From positions 27,036-91,035 of the forward strand of contig JBDSEE010000120.1 in assembly GCA_039920245.1 (NCBI GenBank): a stretch of DNA of 64,000 nt, written 5' to 3'. Shown here in pieces: positions 25,722 through 36,182 of this stretch. Numbering within the stretch: position 1 is the stretch's first letter; every line of letters begins with the position of its first letter. Source of the stretch: Ferruginibacter sp. GTDB taxonomy: Bacteria > Bacteroidota > Bacteroidia > Chitinophagales > Chitinophagaceae. The notes below the pieces were generated by a model. The model was not told the DNA's origin and made no database searches. It saw nothing but the letters and a program-made list of their open reading frames with translations. A program made the position numbers and the translations under genes.

Positions 25722-27347
25722 ATGTACGATATTTCACAACTAAACGATCTGCTCGTTCCTGAGCTCGTGGATATTGCAGAATCACTTCAGATTGACCACG
25801 CAAAAAAATTAAATAAACAGGATTTAATATACAAGATCCTGGATAAACAAGTAATTATGAACACAGAAAATAAGGGGCAGGATGCTGATAAGCCAAAACG
25901 CAAACGTATTGTAAAAGACTCCGCTGCGGAAGCAACTGCACCAGCAGAAAAACAGGAGGCTCCTAAAAAGGAGGGAATGGCCACCCGTCCAAAAAAGGCA
26001 GAGGCAGATAAAAAGCCATTGAAAAAAAATAAGCCTGAAGCGGAATCACAAATAGATGAGGAGGAAGAACTTCAGCCCATAACAAGCGAGCAAACTACCA
26101 TCCCGGCCGCTATTGCTCAAATGCTGCAAGAAGAAGATATACAACAGCCGGAAATTGAAATGGAAGAAGTGTCTTCACAACCAAACTTTCCCAAACCTCA
26201 AAGAAGAGAACAACCGGTTTTCAACATTGAATTTGATGGCGTAGTGCTGGGTGAGGGAGTTTTGGAAATGATGCCTGATGGATACGGTTTTTTACGCAGT
26301 AGTGATTACAATTATCTGTCTTCGCCCGATGATATATATGTATCTCCTTCTCAAATTAAATTATTCGGGTTAAAAACAGGCGATACTGTTTATGGGTCTG
26401 TTCGTCCGCCTAAGGAAGGGGAAAAATATTTTGCTTTATTGAAAGTAGAAACGATTAATGGCAAAAGCCCGGAAGAAGTTCGGGATCGTGTGCCCTTTGA
26501 TTATCTCACACCATTATTTCCATTTGAAAAATTGAATTTATGTACTAAAGGGGATAATTATAGTACCAGGATTATGGATCTTTTTACGCCAATAGGTAAA
26601 GGACAAAGAGGCCTGATCGTAGCACAACCTAAAACAGGTAAAACAATGTTACTGAAGGAGCTTGCAAATGCTATTGCCGAAAATCATCCGGAGTGCTACC
26701 TGATGATTGTGCTTGTTGATGAGCGCCCTGAGGAAGTTACTGATATGGAAAGAAGTGTAAGAGCTGAGGTAATTGCATCAACCTTTGATGAACCGGCTGA
26801 AAAGCATGTAAAGGTGAGTACGATAGCCTTGCAAAAAGCAAAACGTTTGGTAGAATGTGGTCATGATGTGGTGATACTTCTGGATTCAATTACCCGTCTT
26901 GCACGGGCACATAATACAGTTGCTCCATCTTCAGGAAAAGTATTGAGTGGTGGTGTGGAAGCGAATGCTATGCAAAAGCCAAAACAATTTTTTGGCGCTG
27001 CACGCAAAATTGAAAATGGTGGGTCGCTTACAATTATAGCAACAGCTCTTGTAGATACTGGTAGTAAAATGGATGAAGTTATTTTTGAAGAATTCAAAGG
27101 AACAGGTAACATGGAATTGCAATTAGAACGCAAGCTTTCTAATCGCCGTATCTATCCAGCTATCGATATTGTTTCTTCTTCTACTCGTAGAGATGATCTT
27201 TTGCTGGATAAAGATACTTTCCAGCGCATGTGGGTTTTAAGAAAACATATTGCAGATATGAATCCTGAAGAAGCAATTAATATGTTGCTAAAGAATATGA
27301 AGGGTACGAAAGATAATGCTGAGTTTCTTATAAGCATGAACAGTTAA
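25722..27347 (+). CDS. rho: Transcription termination factor Rho with N-terminal insertion
   Basis: [37 protein letters not shown] and FKGTGNME. Confidence 0.98.
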   Translation: MYDISQLNDLLVPELVDIAESLQIDHAKKLNKQDLIYKILDKQVIMNTENKGQDADKPKRKRIVKDSAAEATAPAEKQEAPKKEGMATRPKKAEADKKPLKKNKPEAESQIDEEEELQPITSEQTTIPAAIAQMLQEEDIQQPEIEMEEVSSQPNFPKPQRREQPVFNIEFDGVVLGEGVLEMMPDGYGFLRSSDYNYLSSPDDIYVSPSQIKLFGLKTGDTVYGSVRPPKEGEKYFALLKVETINGKSPEEVRDRVPFDYLTPLFPFEKLNLCTKGDNYSTRIMDLFTPIGKGQRGLIVAQPKTGKTMLLKELANAIAENHPECYLMIVLVDERPEEVTDMERSVRAEVIASTFDEPAEKHVKVSTIALQKAKRLVECGHDVVILLDSITRLARAHNTVAPSSGKVLSGGVEANAMQKPKQFFGAARKIENGGSLTIIATALVDTGSKMDEVIFEEFKGTGNMELQLERKLSNRRIYPAIDIVSSSTRRDDLLLDKDTFQRMWVLRKHIADMNPEEAINMLLKNMKGTKDNAEFLISMNS

Positions 27348-27370
27348 ATTTTCTAATTTTAAAATAATCT

Positions 27371-27402
27371 AAAGCACTGGTTTAATCGCCAGTGCTTTTT
27401 TT
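27371..27402 (+). terminator. Intrinsic terminator of rho
   Basis: AAAGCACTGG-N8-CCAGTGCTTT followed by a T tract. Confidence 0.85.
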
Positions 27403-27577
27403 ATAAATACTTTAATCCGCTGAAAGCCAGTGCCAGACTTAACTATAGCCTTATTCATCCTTAATAAAATCTGTTAAAGAAAAACAAATAAATTTTTTGT
27501 TTGATGGGCGGTAACATTTCAGTTGGCACCACGTTTACTTTCGTATAAGTATTTTTTATAGCCAAAAAAGTATAGCC

Positions 27578-29998
27578 ATGATTTTAAAACTCTTAACGGG
27601 TATGAGTATAATTATATGCTCAAACCTGCCGGTTTTTTCACAAACAACCGCCCCAAAAAAGTTAAACGCTCAGCGCCTGACTGGCACCATTAAGCTTGAT
27701 GGTAATCTTGATGAAACTGCCTGGAAAGATGCTCCTGTTGCAAATAATTTTGTTGAGTGGCGCCCAAGTGCGGGAACTGCAGAAGCTAATTCAAATCGTA
27801 CTGAAGTGTATGTACTTTATGATAATAATGCCATCTATGTAGGTGGATATTGTCATGAGCAAACAGGCGATAGTGTGTCAAGAGAATTGGTAGGCAGAGA
27901 CCAAGTAGGAGCCAATGATTTTGTAGGAATAATTTTCGATACCTATAACGACAAGATCAACGCTTCCGGGTTTTATGTAACTGCACTGGGAGAACAATAT
28001 GATGCAAAATATTCAAATACCGGCGGCGAAGACGGATCATGGAATGCAGTGTGGGATAGTAAAGCTCACATTGTGAAAGATGGTTGGACCTTCGAGATGC
28101 GAATTCCATACAGTGCTTTGCGATTCAGCAAGAACACTACAGAATGGGGAATGAATATAAGCCGTAAAAGAAATAAAGCGGGTAAACAATATATGTGGAA
28201 CCCGGTAGTGCCTACAATCAATGGCTTTGTGAACCAAGAGGGTTTATGGACGGGTATCAGTGATATTAAACCTCCAGTGAGACTAGCTTTTTCTCCCTAC
28301 TTGTCTTCTTATGTAAATCATTATCCTGCTAAAGGAGCAGCATCAAATGGAATCACAGCTTCGGTTAATGGTGGTATGGATGTTAAGTATGGTATAAACC
28401 AGAACTATACTTTGGATATGACACTGATCCCTGATTTCGGTCAAGTGCAAAGTGATAAGGAAGTTTTGAATCTCACGCCCTTTGAAGTAAAGTATAATGA
28501 GAACCGTGCATTTTTTACTGAAGGAACAGAACTATTCAATAAAGGAAACTTATTTTATTCAAGGCGAATAGGCGGCGCACCGATACATAAGTATGATGTG
28601 AACCCGGGGCCTAATGAAAAAATTACGGATAATCCTTCGGAAACAAAACTGATAAATGCTACTAAGATATCGGGCAGAAACCAAAAAGGACTTGGGATAG
28701 GATTGTTTAATGCCATTACAAAATCTATGTATGCTGAAGTGCAGGATATTACTACCAAAGAAATACATGAAGTGCAAACCAGTCCACAGACAAATTATAA
28801 TATCATAGTCTTTGACCTGACATTGAAAAATAATTCTTCGGTATCACTGGTTAACACTAACGTGTTGCGTGAGGGAAAAGATTATGATGCCAATGTAACA
28901 GCCTTCGTGTTTGATATTTATAACAAAAAAAATATTTACAACTGGTATGGACAAACAACGGTAAGTAATAAGAGTGCATCGGGAACTAATACCACGGGAT
29001 ATTCACATAGCTTGGGATTTGCAAAAACAGGGGGCCGGTTTAATTTTAATTTGAACCAGGATATGGCTAATATAAGATTTGATAAAAATGATATGGGAAT
29101 ACTTTTTAACAACAACTATATAGATCATTACCTGTGGCTTGGATATAAATGGATAAAACCTAAAAGCTTTTACAACAGGCTTTACCTCAATATAAATAAT
29201 AATCTCAGCCATCGCTTTGAAGACGGCGCTTACCAGAGTTTAAATGTAAATGCGAATATCAATGGCCAACTTAAAAACCTTTGGAATGCGGGCATTGAAG
29301 TATATCATAATTCAGTAGGACACGATTTTTACGAGCCAAGAAAGCAAGGCCGTGTATTTAATACTTCGCAAAGCACGGGAACTGGTTTCTGGATATACAG
29401 TAACACAGCAAAAAAATATTACTTAGGAGGTAACTTGTCTGGAACATTCAAAAAATTATTTGCAGGCAAGAATTATTATGCCGGCATTGAACAGCGATAC
29501 CGTTTCAATAATAAATTGTCAGTATCTCAAAATGTGTCTTACACACCGGCAATAAATGCTGTTGGTTTCGCAGGTTTCGAAGGAAATGAAGTTGTGTTTA
29601 ACAGGCGTAACCGTAACACAGTAGAAAATGGCCTGGGAATAAAATATAATTTCAGCACAAAGTCGGGCCTTACCTTAAATGCGAGGCACTACTGGAGTGC
29701 TGTAGAATCTCAGCAATATTATACCCTGCAGCCAGATGGAAGCCTTTCGGAAAATAATAGTTTCAATAAAAATTCAAATTATAATGTGAACCTTTTTAAT
29801 ATTGATATGGTATATACCTGGCAGTTTGCTACAGGCAGTTTTATGTACATCGTTTGGAAAAATAATATTCAGAATACTGAATCTGCAGATGGGTATTTTA
29901 AAAACTTGGGAAACACGCTGGGAACTATGCAAAACAATAATTTGTCGATTAAGATACTTTACTACCTGGACTATTTAAAAATAAGGAAAAGAGTATAA
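27578..29998 (+). CDS. DUF5916 outer-membrane protein with N-terminal CBM9-like domain
   Basis: Signal peptide, IKLDGNLDETAW, GGMDVKYG, PDFGQVQSD and ENRAFFTEG. Confidence 0.85.
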   Translation: MILKLLTGMSIIICSNLPVFSQTTAPKKLNAQRLTGTIKLDGNLDETAWKDAPVANNFVEWRPSAGTAEANSNRTEVYVLYDNNAIYVGGYCHEQTGDSVSRELVGRDQVGANDFVGIIFDTYNDKINASGFYVTALGEQYDAKYSNTGGEDGSWNAVWDSKAHIVKDGWTFEMRIPYSALRFSKNTTEWGMNISRKRNKAGKQYMWNPVVPTINGFVNQEGLWTGISDIKPPVRLAFSPYLSSYVNHYPAKGAASNGITASVNGGMDVKYGINQNYTLDMTLIPDFGQVQSDKEVLNLTPFEVKYNENRAFFTEGTELFNKGNLFYSRRIGGAPIHKYDVNPGPNEKITDNPSETKLINATKISGRNQKGLGIGLFNAITKSMYAEVQDITTKEIHEVQTSPQTNYNIIVFDLTLKNNSSVSLVNTNVLREGKDYDANVTAFVFDIYNKKNIYNWYGQTTVSNKSASGTNTTGYSHSLGFAKTGGRFNFNLNQDMANIRFDKNDMGILFNNNYIDHYLWLGYKWIKPKSFYNRLYLNINNNLSHRFEDGAYQSLNVNANINGQLKNLWNAGIEVYHNSVGHDFYEPRKQGRVFNTSQSTGTGFWIYSNTAKKYYLGGNLSGTFKKLFAGKNYYAGIEQRYRFNNKLSVSQNVSYTPAINAVGFAGFEGNEVVFNRRNRNTVENGLGIKYNFSTKSGLTLNARHYWSAVESQQYYTLQPDGSLSENNSFNKNSNYNVNLFNIDMVYTWQFATGSFMYIVWKNNIQNTESADGYFKNLGNTLGTMQNNNLSIKILYYLDYLKIRKRV

Positions 29999-30027
29999 GT
30001 TGCCCTGGAGACTAATTTTTATAAAAC

Positions 30028-30056
30028 AACAGCCATAGAGAATATGGCTGTTTTCT
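30028..30056 (+). terminator. Intrinsic terminator
   Basis: AACAGCCATA-GAGAA-TATGGCTGTT followed by a T-rich tail. Confidence 0.8.
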
Positions 30057-30162
30057 TTTAAGAAATCCCATCCATTTAAAGAAACTCCTGCGACAGGAAA
30101 TATGAAAAAATAAATTACTATCTTTCCTTTCCTGCAAAAACAAGTATATAAAACAAGTTACT

Positions 30163-30906
30163 ATGATCATAATAGCATTATACAATCTTAAAGGCGGGGT
30201 AGGTAAAACTGCTTCCTGTGTAAATTTTGCTTACCTGGCTGCAAAAGATGGATATAAAACCTTGCTCTGGGACATTGACCCACAGGGGTCCACTTCATTT
30301 TATTTTAAGGCGAAACCAAAAGTTCAGCCAGGGATAAAAAAAATGGTAAGTAAAGATGCAAATCTTGAGAACGTTATACTAGCTACAGATTATGAAAACC
30401 TGGACTTGATACCGGCAGATGGCTCAGCCAAAAGTCATGATATTATGATTGAAGAAATGAAAGGAAGTAAAACCAGGCTTAAGTCAGTTCTGAAACAATT
30501 TGACGGTGAATATGATTTTGTCTTTATTGATTGCCCACCAGGATTTTCAGCTTTGAGTGAAAATATTTTCAATGCCGCTGATATTGTACTTATGCCCATC
30601 ATCCCAACGACATTAAGCGTTCGCACTTATAATATGGTAAAAGATTATTTCAAAGAAAAAGAACTTGACAGTAATAAGATGATGTGTTTCTTTACCATGA
30701 CAGATCTGCGGAAAAACATGCATAATGAAATAATGGAGCAGCTTTATAAAGACAAGAAATTTTTCCAGAATTATATTCCCTATTTATCTGATGTGGAAAA
30801 AATGGGTGTTCACCGCATGCCTATTGAAGGATTTGCACGCAGCAGCTATGCGGCTAAGTCTTATCGTGAGCTATGGACAGAAATTACGGAAGGAGTATTG
30901 GAATGA
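30163..30906 (+). CDS. ParA/Soj-family ATPase (orphan)
   Basis: NLKGGVGKT deviant Walker A, DIDPQG and FIDCPP. Confidence 0.92.
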   Translation: MIIIALYNLKGGVGKTASCVNFAYLAAKDGYKTLLWDIDPQGSTSFYFKAKPKVQPGIKKMVSKDANLENVILATDYENLDLIPADGSAKSHDIMIEEMKGSKTRLKSVLKQFDGEYDFVFIDCPPGFSALSENIFNAADIVLMPIIPTTLSVRTYNMVKDYFKEKELDSNKMMCFFTMTDLRKNMHNEIMEQLYKDKKFFQNYIPYLSDVEKMGVHRMPIEGFARSSYAAKSYRELWTEITEGVLE

Positions 30907-31005
30907 GGAGTTTGGACGGTAATCCCGATAGCTACCGAAATATGAATTAAGAGTGATAAATTATGAATCGTAGTGTTTTAGTTTTACCACTTAATACTAT
31001 TAAAA

Positions 31006-31737
31006 ATGAATAGAGAATTATTTAGCTGGTATAGCCCGGCACTGGCCACAGACATGCCTATCGCAGCCTATGGAGACTACGGCTTTGCATTATTGCTGGT
31101 TCCTACTGCAGCAGCAGATTACCTGGAGTATGAGCGCTTCCAGCTTATGGAAACTTTAGCGCCGTATATCAATAGTGGTAAAGTGAGAATATTTTCCATA
31201 AACAGTATTAACAATGAAAGCTGGCTAAATAAAGAAATGGCCGGTGAGCACAAGGCAATCAGGCAAAACCAGTTTAATGATTATGTTTTTAATGAAGTAG
31301 TTCCTTTTATAAAAACGCATACATCTAATGAAACACCTATTATAACATGCGGCGCTTCTTTCGGTGCTTTGCACAGCATGAATTTATTTTTAAAACGTCC
31401 GGATTTAATAGACGGTGTAATTGCAATGAGCGGTGTGTATGATCTTACCGAGTATACCAAGAGCTTTTATGACGAGCAAGTTTATTTCAATTCTCCCATA
31501 CATTATCTTCCCAATCTTACAGATGAAGGGTATTTAAAAAATATTCGCAAGAGTAACCATATACACATACTTACCGGTAGTGGAGATTATGAAGATCCAC
31601 AGGCTTCACGAAACTTTTCAAAAGTGCTCTATGATAAATACATACAGCATGAACTTGATGTTTGGGATGAAAGCTGGAAACATGATTGGCCAACCTGGAG
31701 GGCAATGCTTCCTCTATACCTTGAACATAAATTTTAA
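31006..31737 (+). CDS. Putative esterase, alpha/beta-hydrolase fold
   Basis: GASFG nucleophile elbow, MSGVYD and HDWPTW. Confidence 0.85.
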   Translation: MNRELFSWYSPALATDMPIAAYGDYGFALLLVPTAAADYLEYERFQLMETLAPYINSGKVRIFSINSINNESWLNKEMAGEHKAIRQNQFNDYVFNEVVPFIKTHTSNETPIITCGASFGALHSMNLFLKRPDLIDGVIAMSGVYDLTEYTKSFYDEQVYFNSPIHYLPNLTDEGYLKNIRKSNHIHILTGSGDYEDPQASRNFSKVLYDKYIQHELDVWDESWKHDWPTWRAMLPLYLEHKF

Positions 31738-31762
31738 TTGCTGTCTTAGGTAAACCCAATAT

Positions 31763-33019
31763 TTACTTCGCTTCCTGGATAATTAGTTCCGTTTGCGAAC
31801 TCACATACATGGTAGGTGTACCATTAGTGTTTAAAACTTTCCCTTTTACACAAATTGTTTTTCCTTTCATTACTTCAATAAGATTGAAATTAAAATTTAC
31901 AATATCTTCTTTCTTTACAAATACTGTAAACACCTGGTTCGGAAACTGCTTGTCAAGGTTTATGAGGACGTTACCAGCTTTACTTATCCTTGCTCCTACT
32001 ACGGTGCCACACACATGTATCTCGTCATTTTTATTTACATAGTTTTTAGCAATGATGCTGTTAAAATAATTGCGGGGCATTAACTCCTGGCTCATTGGTT
32101 CTGCATCTGCAAGATTTTTTTCAGGCAGCCAGTAAGTTGCGTCATGCTGATTTTCTAATACTTCTTGTAAAGCAACCGGTAGTTTATTGAAAAAATCCAG
32201 GTTGGTTATTGCTTCTATGGTTTTGATATCAACTGCATAGCTTGCTAAAGGCTTTTCAATTGCTATATTGGGCATTAAAAAACCAATGGCTTTTTTTGAT
32301 TCAAGGTCCAGTGCTACTTTCCAGAATTGTTTGGGTATGGCTACTTTATGAATTCCTCTTTCAATTCGCAGTAAGCTGTCATTTAATAACGGCCCTGTAA
32401 CAACATATAATTGGGAACCTGGATGTGTATAAACATAAGCCCGTATGGCATCTTCCAAATCTCCCCAGCCACCACGATTAAAGTCTGCAACCTGTGGGCT
32501 CATGTTAGAATAAAAATAAGATTCCGAAAGAGCAGTTTTAGACCAGCGAAAATCAGCGGAAGGTGCCAGGTGGCCACGATCGTATCCAAATGCATCATAG
32601 CTAAAACTTCCATCGGCCTTTTTTATTTTCGTAAAGTAATCTGCTTCATCTGCGCTGCCGGTGCTTACCAGGCTATCGGCCCTGAAGTCGTTTGTCCTCG
32701 TGATAACGCCATTTAAAATGTCTGGAGAAATAATGTGGGCTACCCAGCGTGCCTGCTCATATTTTTCTACATAAGAAAGAGTATAGGCTGCATGTTGTAT
32801 CAATTGCTCGCCGGGCCGCACTGCTGGCAGGCCTATTTGTATTAAGTCAGCCTGGATCTTCTCAAGTTTATAAGCTTCTAAAAGTTCGGCAACCTGTTTT
32901 TTTTGAATATCCAGTTGGGTAAGCTGCAAGCTTGCAGCTTTTATTTTTTCACCCAGCGATTGCCCATAAAAAGTTACAGAGGCTATTGAAAGCAATAGGC
33001 CTAATACAATTTTTTTCAT
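31763..33019 (-). CDS. Secreted DNA/RNA non-specific endonuclease with C-terminal OB-fold-like domain
   Basis: Signal peptide, DRGHLAP, SNMSPQ, FNRGGW and a C-terminal CGTVVG...NLDKQFPNQVFT...VKGKV segment. Confidence 0.9.
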   Translation of the reverse strand: MKKIVLGLLLSIASVTFYGQSLGEKIKAASLQLTQLDIQKKQVAELLEAYKLEKIQADLIQIGLPAVRPGEQLIQHAAYTLSYVEKYEQARWVAHIISPDILNGVITRTNDFRADSLVSTGSADEADYFTKIKKADGSFSYDAFGYDRGHLAPSADFRWSKTALSESYFYSNMSPQVADFNRGGWGDLEDAIRAYVYTHPGSQLYVVTGPLLNDSLLRIERGIHKVAIPKQFWKVALDLESKKAIGFLMPNIAIEKPLASYAVDIKTIEAITNLDFFNKLPVALQEVLENQHDATYWLPEKNLADAEPMSQELMPRNYFNSIIAKNYVNKNDEIHVCGTVVGARISKAGNVLINLDKQFPNQVFTVFVKKEDIVNFNFNLIEVMKGKTICVKGKVLNTNGTPTMYVSSQTELIIQEAK

Positions 33020-33064
33020 GCTTGAAATTAGACCTGCAAGATAGAATTATTGTGGCTATGAATG

Positions 33065-34351
33065 TCAGGCGGCAATCTCTTTCAAAGCTTTGATCAATTT
33101 GTCCAGGTCACTGATGCGGGTGTAAACATGTGGGGTGATGCGAACACAACTTATATTTTCCCATACGATACCCACCGTATGTATTTTATATTTTGTAAAT
33201 AATGCGCTATCAAGTTCCGCCGGCGTCATTCCTTGTATGGTAACACCACATATTGCGCAGGAATATTTTGGATTTAATGAAGTATGTAACTTTATTTTTG
33301 GATTGTCCTTTACAGCAGAAGCCCAGTAATTTTTAAGGTAATGAATGCGTTGTTGTTTGCGTGCAGCACCGATAGCATTATGAAAATTAAGCGCTTCCCC
33401 AATGGCCTGTTCAATAGGAAAACTGCGGGTTCCAAGAGATTCAAACTTTCTTATGTCATCGCTTTCTGGTTTGTCATTACAGAGTAATGGCCATAGTTCG
33501 CTTATCTTATTTTTCTTAACCCAAAGCATTCCGCTTCCTACAGGTGCGCTTAGGAATTTATGCAAGCTTGCTCCAAAATAATCGGCACCAAGGTCAGGTA
33601 TTTTAAAATCCAGCAAGCCAAATGAATGTGCACCATCTACCAGCACTTCTATTCCTTTGCTATGGGCCATGTCAGCAATTTTTCTCACAGGCATGATCTG
33701 GCCGAGCCAGTTAATGATATGAGTTATATGAAGGAGTCTTGTTTTAGGCGATATAGCTTTTTCAAATGCACTTACAATAGCATCATCATCTTCTATAGGA
33801 AAATTAAAACTGAGTTGTTTATATACGATCCCATCCCTTTGTTGCCTTTGTTTCCATGCATTAATCATGTTTGGATAGTCCTGTTTGGTGCCAATCACTT
33901 CATCTCCACTTTTCAGGTGCAGGCCATAAATTACGGTATTCAAGGCTTCAGTAGAATTGCGGTTAATGGCGATCTCTTCTGCTGAAGCCCCGGCCAGCAA
34001 TGCCAGCTTTTCTCTTAAAGGTTCACGGCCCTGGTCCAGTATTCTCCACATAAAATAAGAGGGGCCTTCATTGGCCAGTTTGTTATACCGGTCCAATGCA
34101 TTTTGTACCACAAGAGGGGCAGGACTTACGCCTCCATTATTCAGGTTAATGATATTTGGATTTACAGTATAAGCATCCTGTATTATCGTCCAGTAATCTT
34201 CATCGGTTGTTATTTGTTCTGCTGTTTTACCGAGGATGTTTTTATTGGCTACATCAAACGATGCTGCATGCAGTTCATTAAAGATATTGCCAGCCGAAAA
34301 TGCACCGGTGAGTAATCCTAACTTTTGCAAAAATTCACGGCGATGTTGCAT
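33065..34351 (-). CDS. Aminotransferase class V PLP enzyme (isopenicillin N epimerase-like) with Tat signal
   Basis: RREFL twin-arginine motif, NLNNGG, DGAHS and SLHKFL PLP lysine. Confidence 0.88.
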   Translation of the reverse strand: MQHRREFLQKLGLLTGAFSAGNIFNELHAASFDVANKNILGKTAEQITTDEDYWTIIQDAYTVNPNIINLNNGGVSPAPLVVQNALDRYNKLANEGPSYFMWRILDQGREPLREKLALLAGASAEEIAINRNSTEALNTVIYGLHLKSGDEVIGTKQDYPNMINAWKQRQQRDGIVYKQLSFNFPIEDDDAIVSAFEKAISPKTRLLHITHIINWLGQIMPVRKIADMAHSKGIEVLVDGAHSFGLLDFKIPDLGADYFGASLHKFLSAPVGSGMLWVKKNKISELWPLLCNDKPESDDIRKFESLGTRSFPIEQAIGEALNFHNAIGAARKQQRIHYLKNYWASAVKDNPKIKLHTSLNPKYSCAICGVTIQGMTPAELDSALFTKYKIHTVGIVWENISCVRITPHVYTRISDLDKLIKALKEIAA

Positions 34352-34398
34352 AAAAAATGTTTTAAGAAAGGTAAAACAACAATTGCTATAAGTAATAA

Positions 34399-34429
34399 AA
34401 AAAGCTATCTCTTTTGAAGATAGCTTTTA
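34399..34429 (-). terminator. Intrinsic terminator after the M28 peptidase
   Basis: AAAAGCTATCT-N7-AGATAGCTTTT with an A tract on the plus strand. Confidence 0.8.
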
Positions 34430-34454
34430 ATTATTCCGGCAATGCAATTGGCAG

Positions 34455-36035
34455 TTACTTTGTCATAGTAGGGATCGGTTTGTCTCTGACAAGCATCTTA
34501 TCCCTGTTAGCCATATCCCATGCGGTGTAAAAAACCATTCTCGCTCTTTTTTCATAAAGACTAAAATTGATCTTATCCACTGTGTCAGTAGGTTTATGAT
34601 AATCAGCTTTCAGCATACCATCATAAAAGAACAAAACAGGCACGCCTTTTTTGGCAAAATTATAATGATCGCTGCGAAAATAAATTCTCTCCGGATCTGC
34701 AGGGTCATCAAATTTATAATCCAGTGTAAGGTTGGTATTTTTTGCATTTACTGCTTCATTTATCAGGGTAAGTTCACTGCTTAATTTATCATGCCCTACC
34801 ACATATACATAGTTAAGAGTGTCATCTTTTTTTCTTTCAGTATCTACACGACCTATCATGTCAATATTTAAGTCAACTGAAGTTTTGTCTAAAGGATACA
34901 CGGGATTGCTACCGTAATATTCGCTTCCCAGTAAGCCTTTTTCTTCACCACTAACGGTCATAAAAACCATTGTGCGTCTTGGGCCATGTCCTTCCTTTTT
35001 TGCTTTTGCAAATACTTCTGCCATTTGTAAAACTGCACAAGTACCACTGCCATCATCATCTGCACCAAAATAGATCAAGCCATTCCTCATACCAAGGTGA
35101 TCGTAATGACCTGTTACGAAAACATACTCGTCCTTTTTATCGGTGCCTTCTACTACTCCCAACACATTACTTGCGTTGGTAATGGTCCTGTATTTTTCGA
35201 ATTCAAATTTGGTCTCCGCTTTTTTATCGAAAAATAAAGTTGAATTAAATAACCTGCTTCCTTTAGCAATTGCGATAATACTATCAGCATTGGCACCCAA
35301 TATTTTTTTTGCAGACTCGTGAGTAAGAATAGCATAGTTTAATACTTTAGCTACCGGTGGCCTTGGGTAGTACATATTTGTTTTTCGGCTATTGTCTATG
35401 CTGCGCTGGTTAAATGTTTCCTGGTTTGGACTTACAACTAAAACTCCTACGGCTCCTTTGCTGGCAGCTAATGCCAGTTTTTTATTAAGCCCGGGAAAAG
35501 TCCAATCGCTGGTTTTCTCTGTACCAGATACCAGGTATTTTTTTTCAACCCTTGGTTCACCAAGAAATATTATTACGATCTTATTCTTTACATCCAGGTT
35601 GCTGTAGTCGTTGTAACTAGCATCTTCAATACCATAGCCTGCAAATACTAATTGTTTCCCTTTGAATTTTCCGCTCTCATTTGTGTTGGCTGGAGCAATA
35701 TAATCTGTTCCGTAAGTAAGCTTGTTGTCATCTATTTTCAGATCTACTGAAATCGTGCTATCTGTATATAACGGATAAAATTGCTGGTGGCCTTTTAATG
35801 CTGCCGGAAAAGTCAAGCCAGCACTTTTAAATTGTGATTCAATATATGCTGCAGCTTTTCGCTGTCCTTCTGTGCCAGTTTCACGGCCTTGCATTTCTGC
35901 ACTTGCGATTATTGTAAGGTGTTTTTTTAATGCATCGCCGGTTATCATACCGGCATAGTGGCTTGCATCAGATTGGGCATAAATACCCATTGATATTATT
36001 AAAAAAGGGAGAATTAAGAAAAGTTTCTTCGTCAT
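34455..36035 (-). CDS. M28-family metallopeptidase with PA domain
   Basis: GHYDHLG, GADDDGSG, GEEKGL, NIDMIGR, RSDH and DYHKPTD. Confidence 0.93.
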   Translation of the reverse strand: MTKKLFLILPFLIISMGIYAQSDASHYAGMITGDALKKHLTIIASAEMQGRETGTEGQRKAAAYIESQFKSAGLTFPAALKGHQQFYPLYTDSTISVDLKIDDNKLTYGTDYIAPANTNESGKFKGKQLVFAGYGIEDASYNDYSNLDVKNKIVIIFLGEPRVEKKYLVSGTEKTSDWTFPGLNKKLALAASKGAVGVLVVSPNQETFNQRSIDNSRKTNMYYPRPPVAKVLNYAILTHESAKKILGANADSIIAIAKGSRLFNSTLFFDKKAETKFEFEKYRTITNASNVLGVVEGTDKKDEYVFVTGHYDHLGMRNGLIYFGADDDGSGTCAVLQMAEVFAKAKKEGHGPRRTMVFMTVSGEEKGLLGSEYYGSNPVYPLDKTSVDLNIDMIGRVDTERKKDDTLNYVYVVGHDKLSSELTLINEAVNAKNTNLTLDYKFDDPADPERIYFRSDHYNFAKKGVPVLFFYDGMLKADYHKPTDTVDKINFSLYEKRARMVFYTAWDMANRDKMLVRDKPIPTMTK

Positions 36036-36182
36036 ATAAAAATAAATTTAGTAAGCTAAAATAACGGAAAGCATGACGCAGTATGCATCAAATTATACAA
36101 GTGGTAGTCAGCAGTGAAGTGATAATAATAAATAGGCAGCAATTTTTTCAACCTTGCTTGCATATCGGCTACCGGAAAAATA

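Noticed and set aside
27524-27538. TGGCACCACGTTTAC upstream of the DUF5916 gene as a sigma54 box
   Set aside because: The -12 is AC, no enhancer dyad is nearby, and it overlaps TACTTTCG, which fits a housekeeping -7 element.
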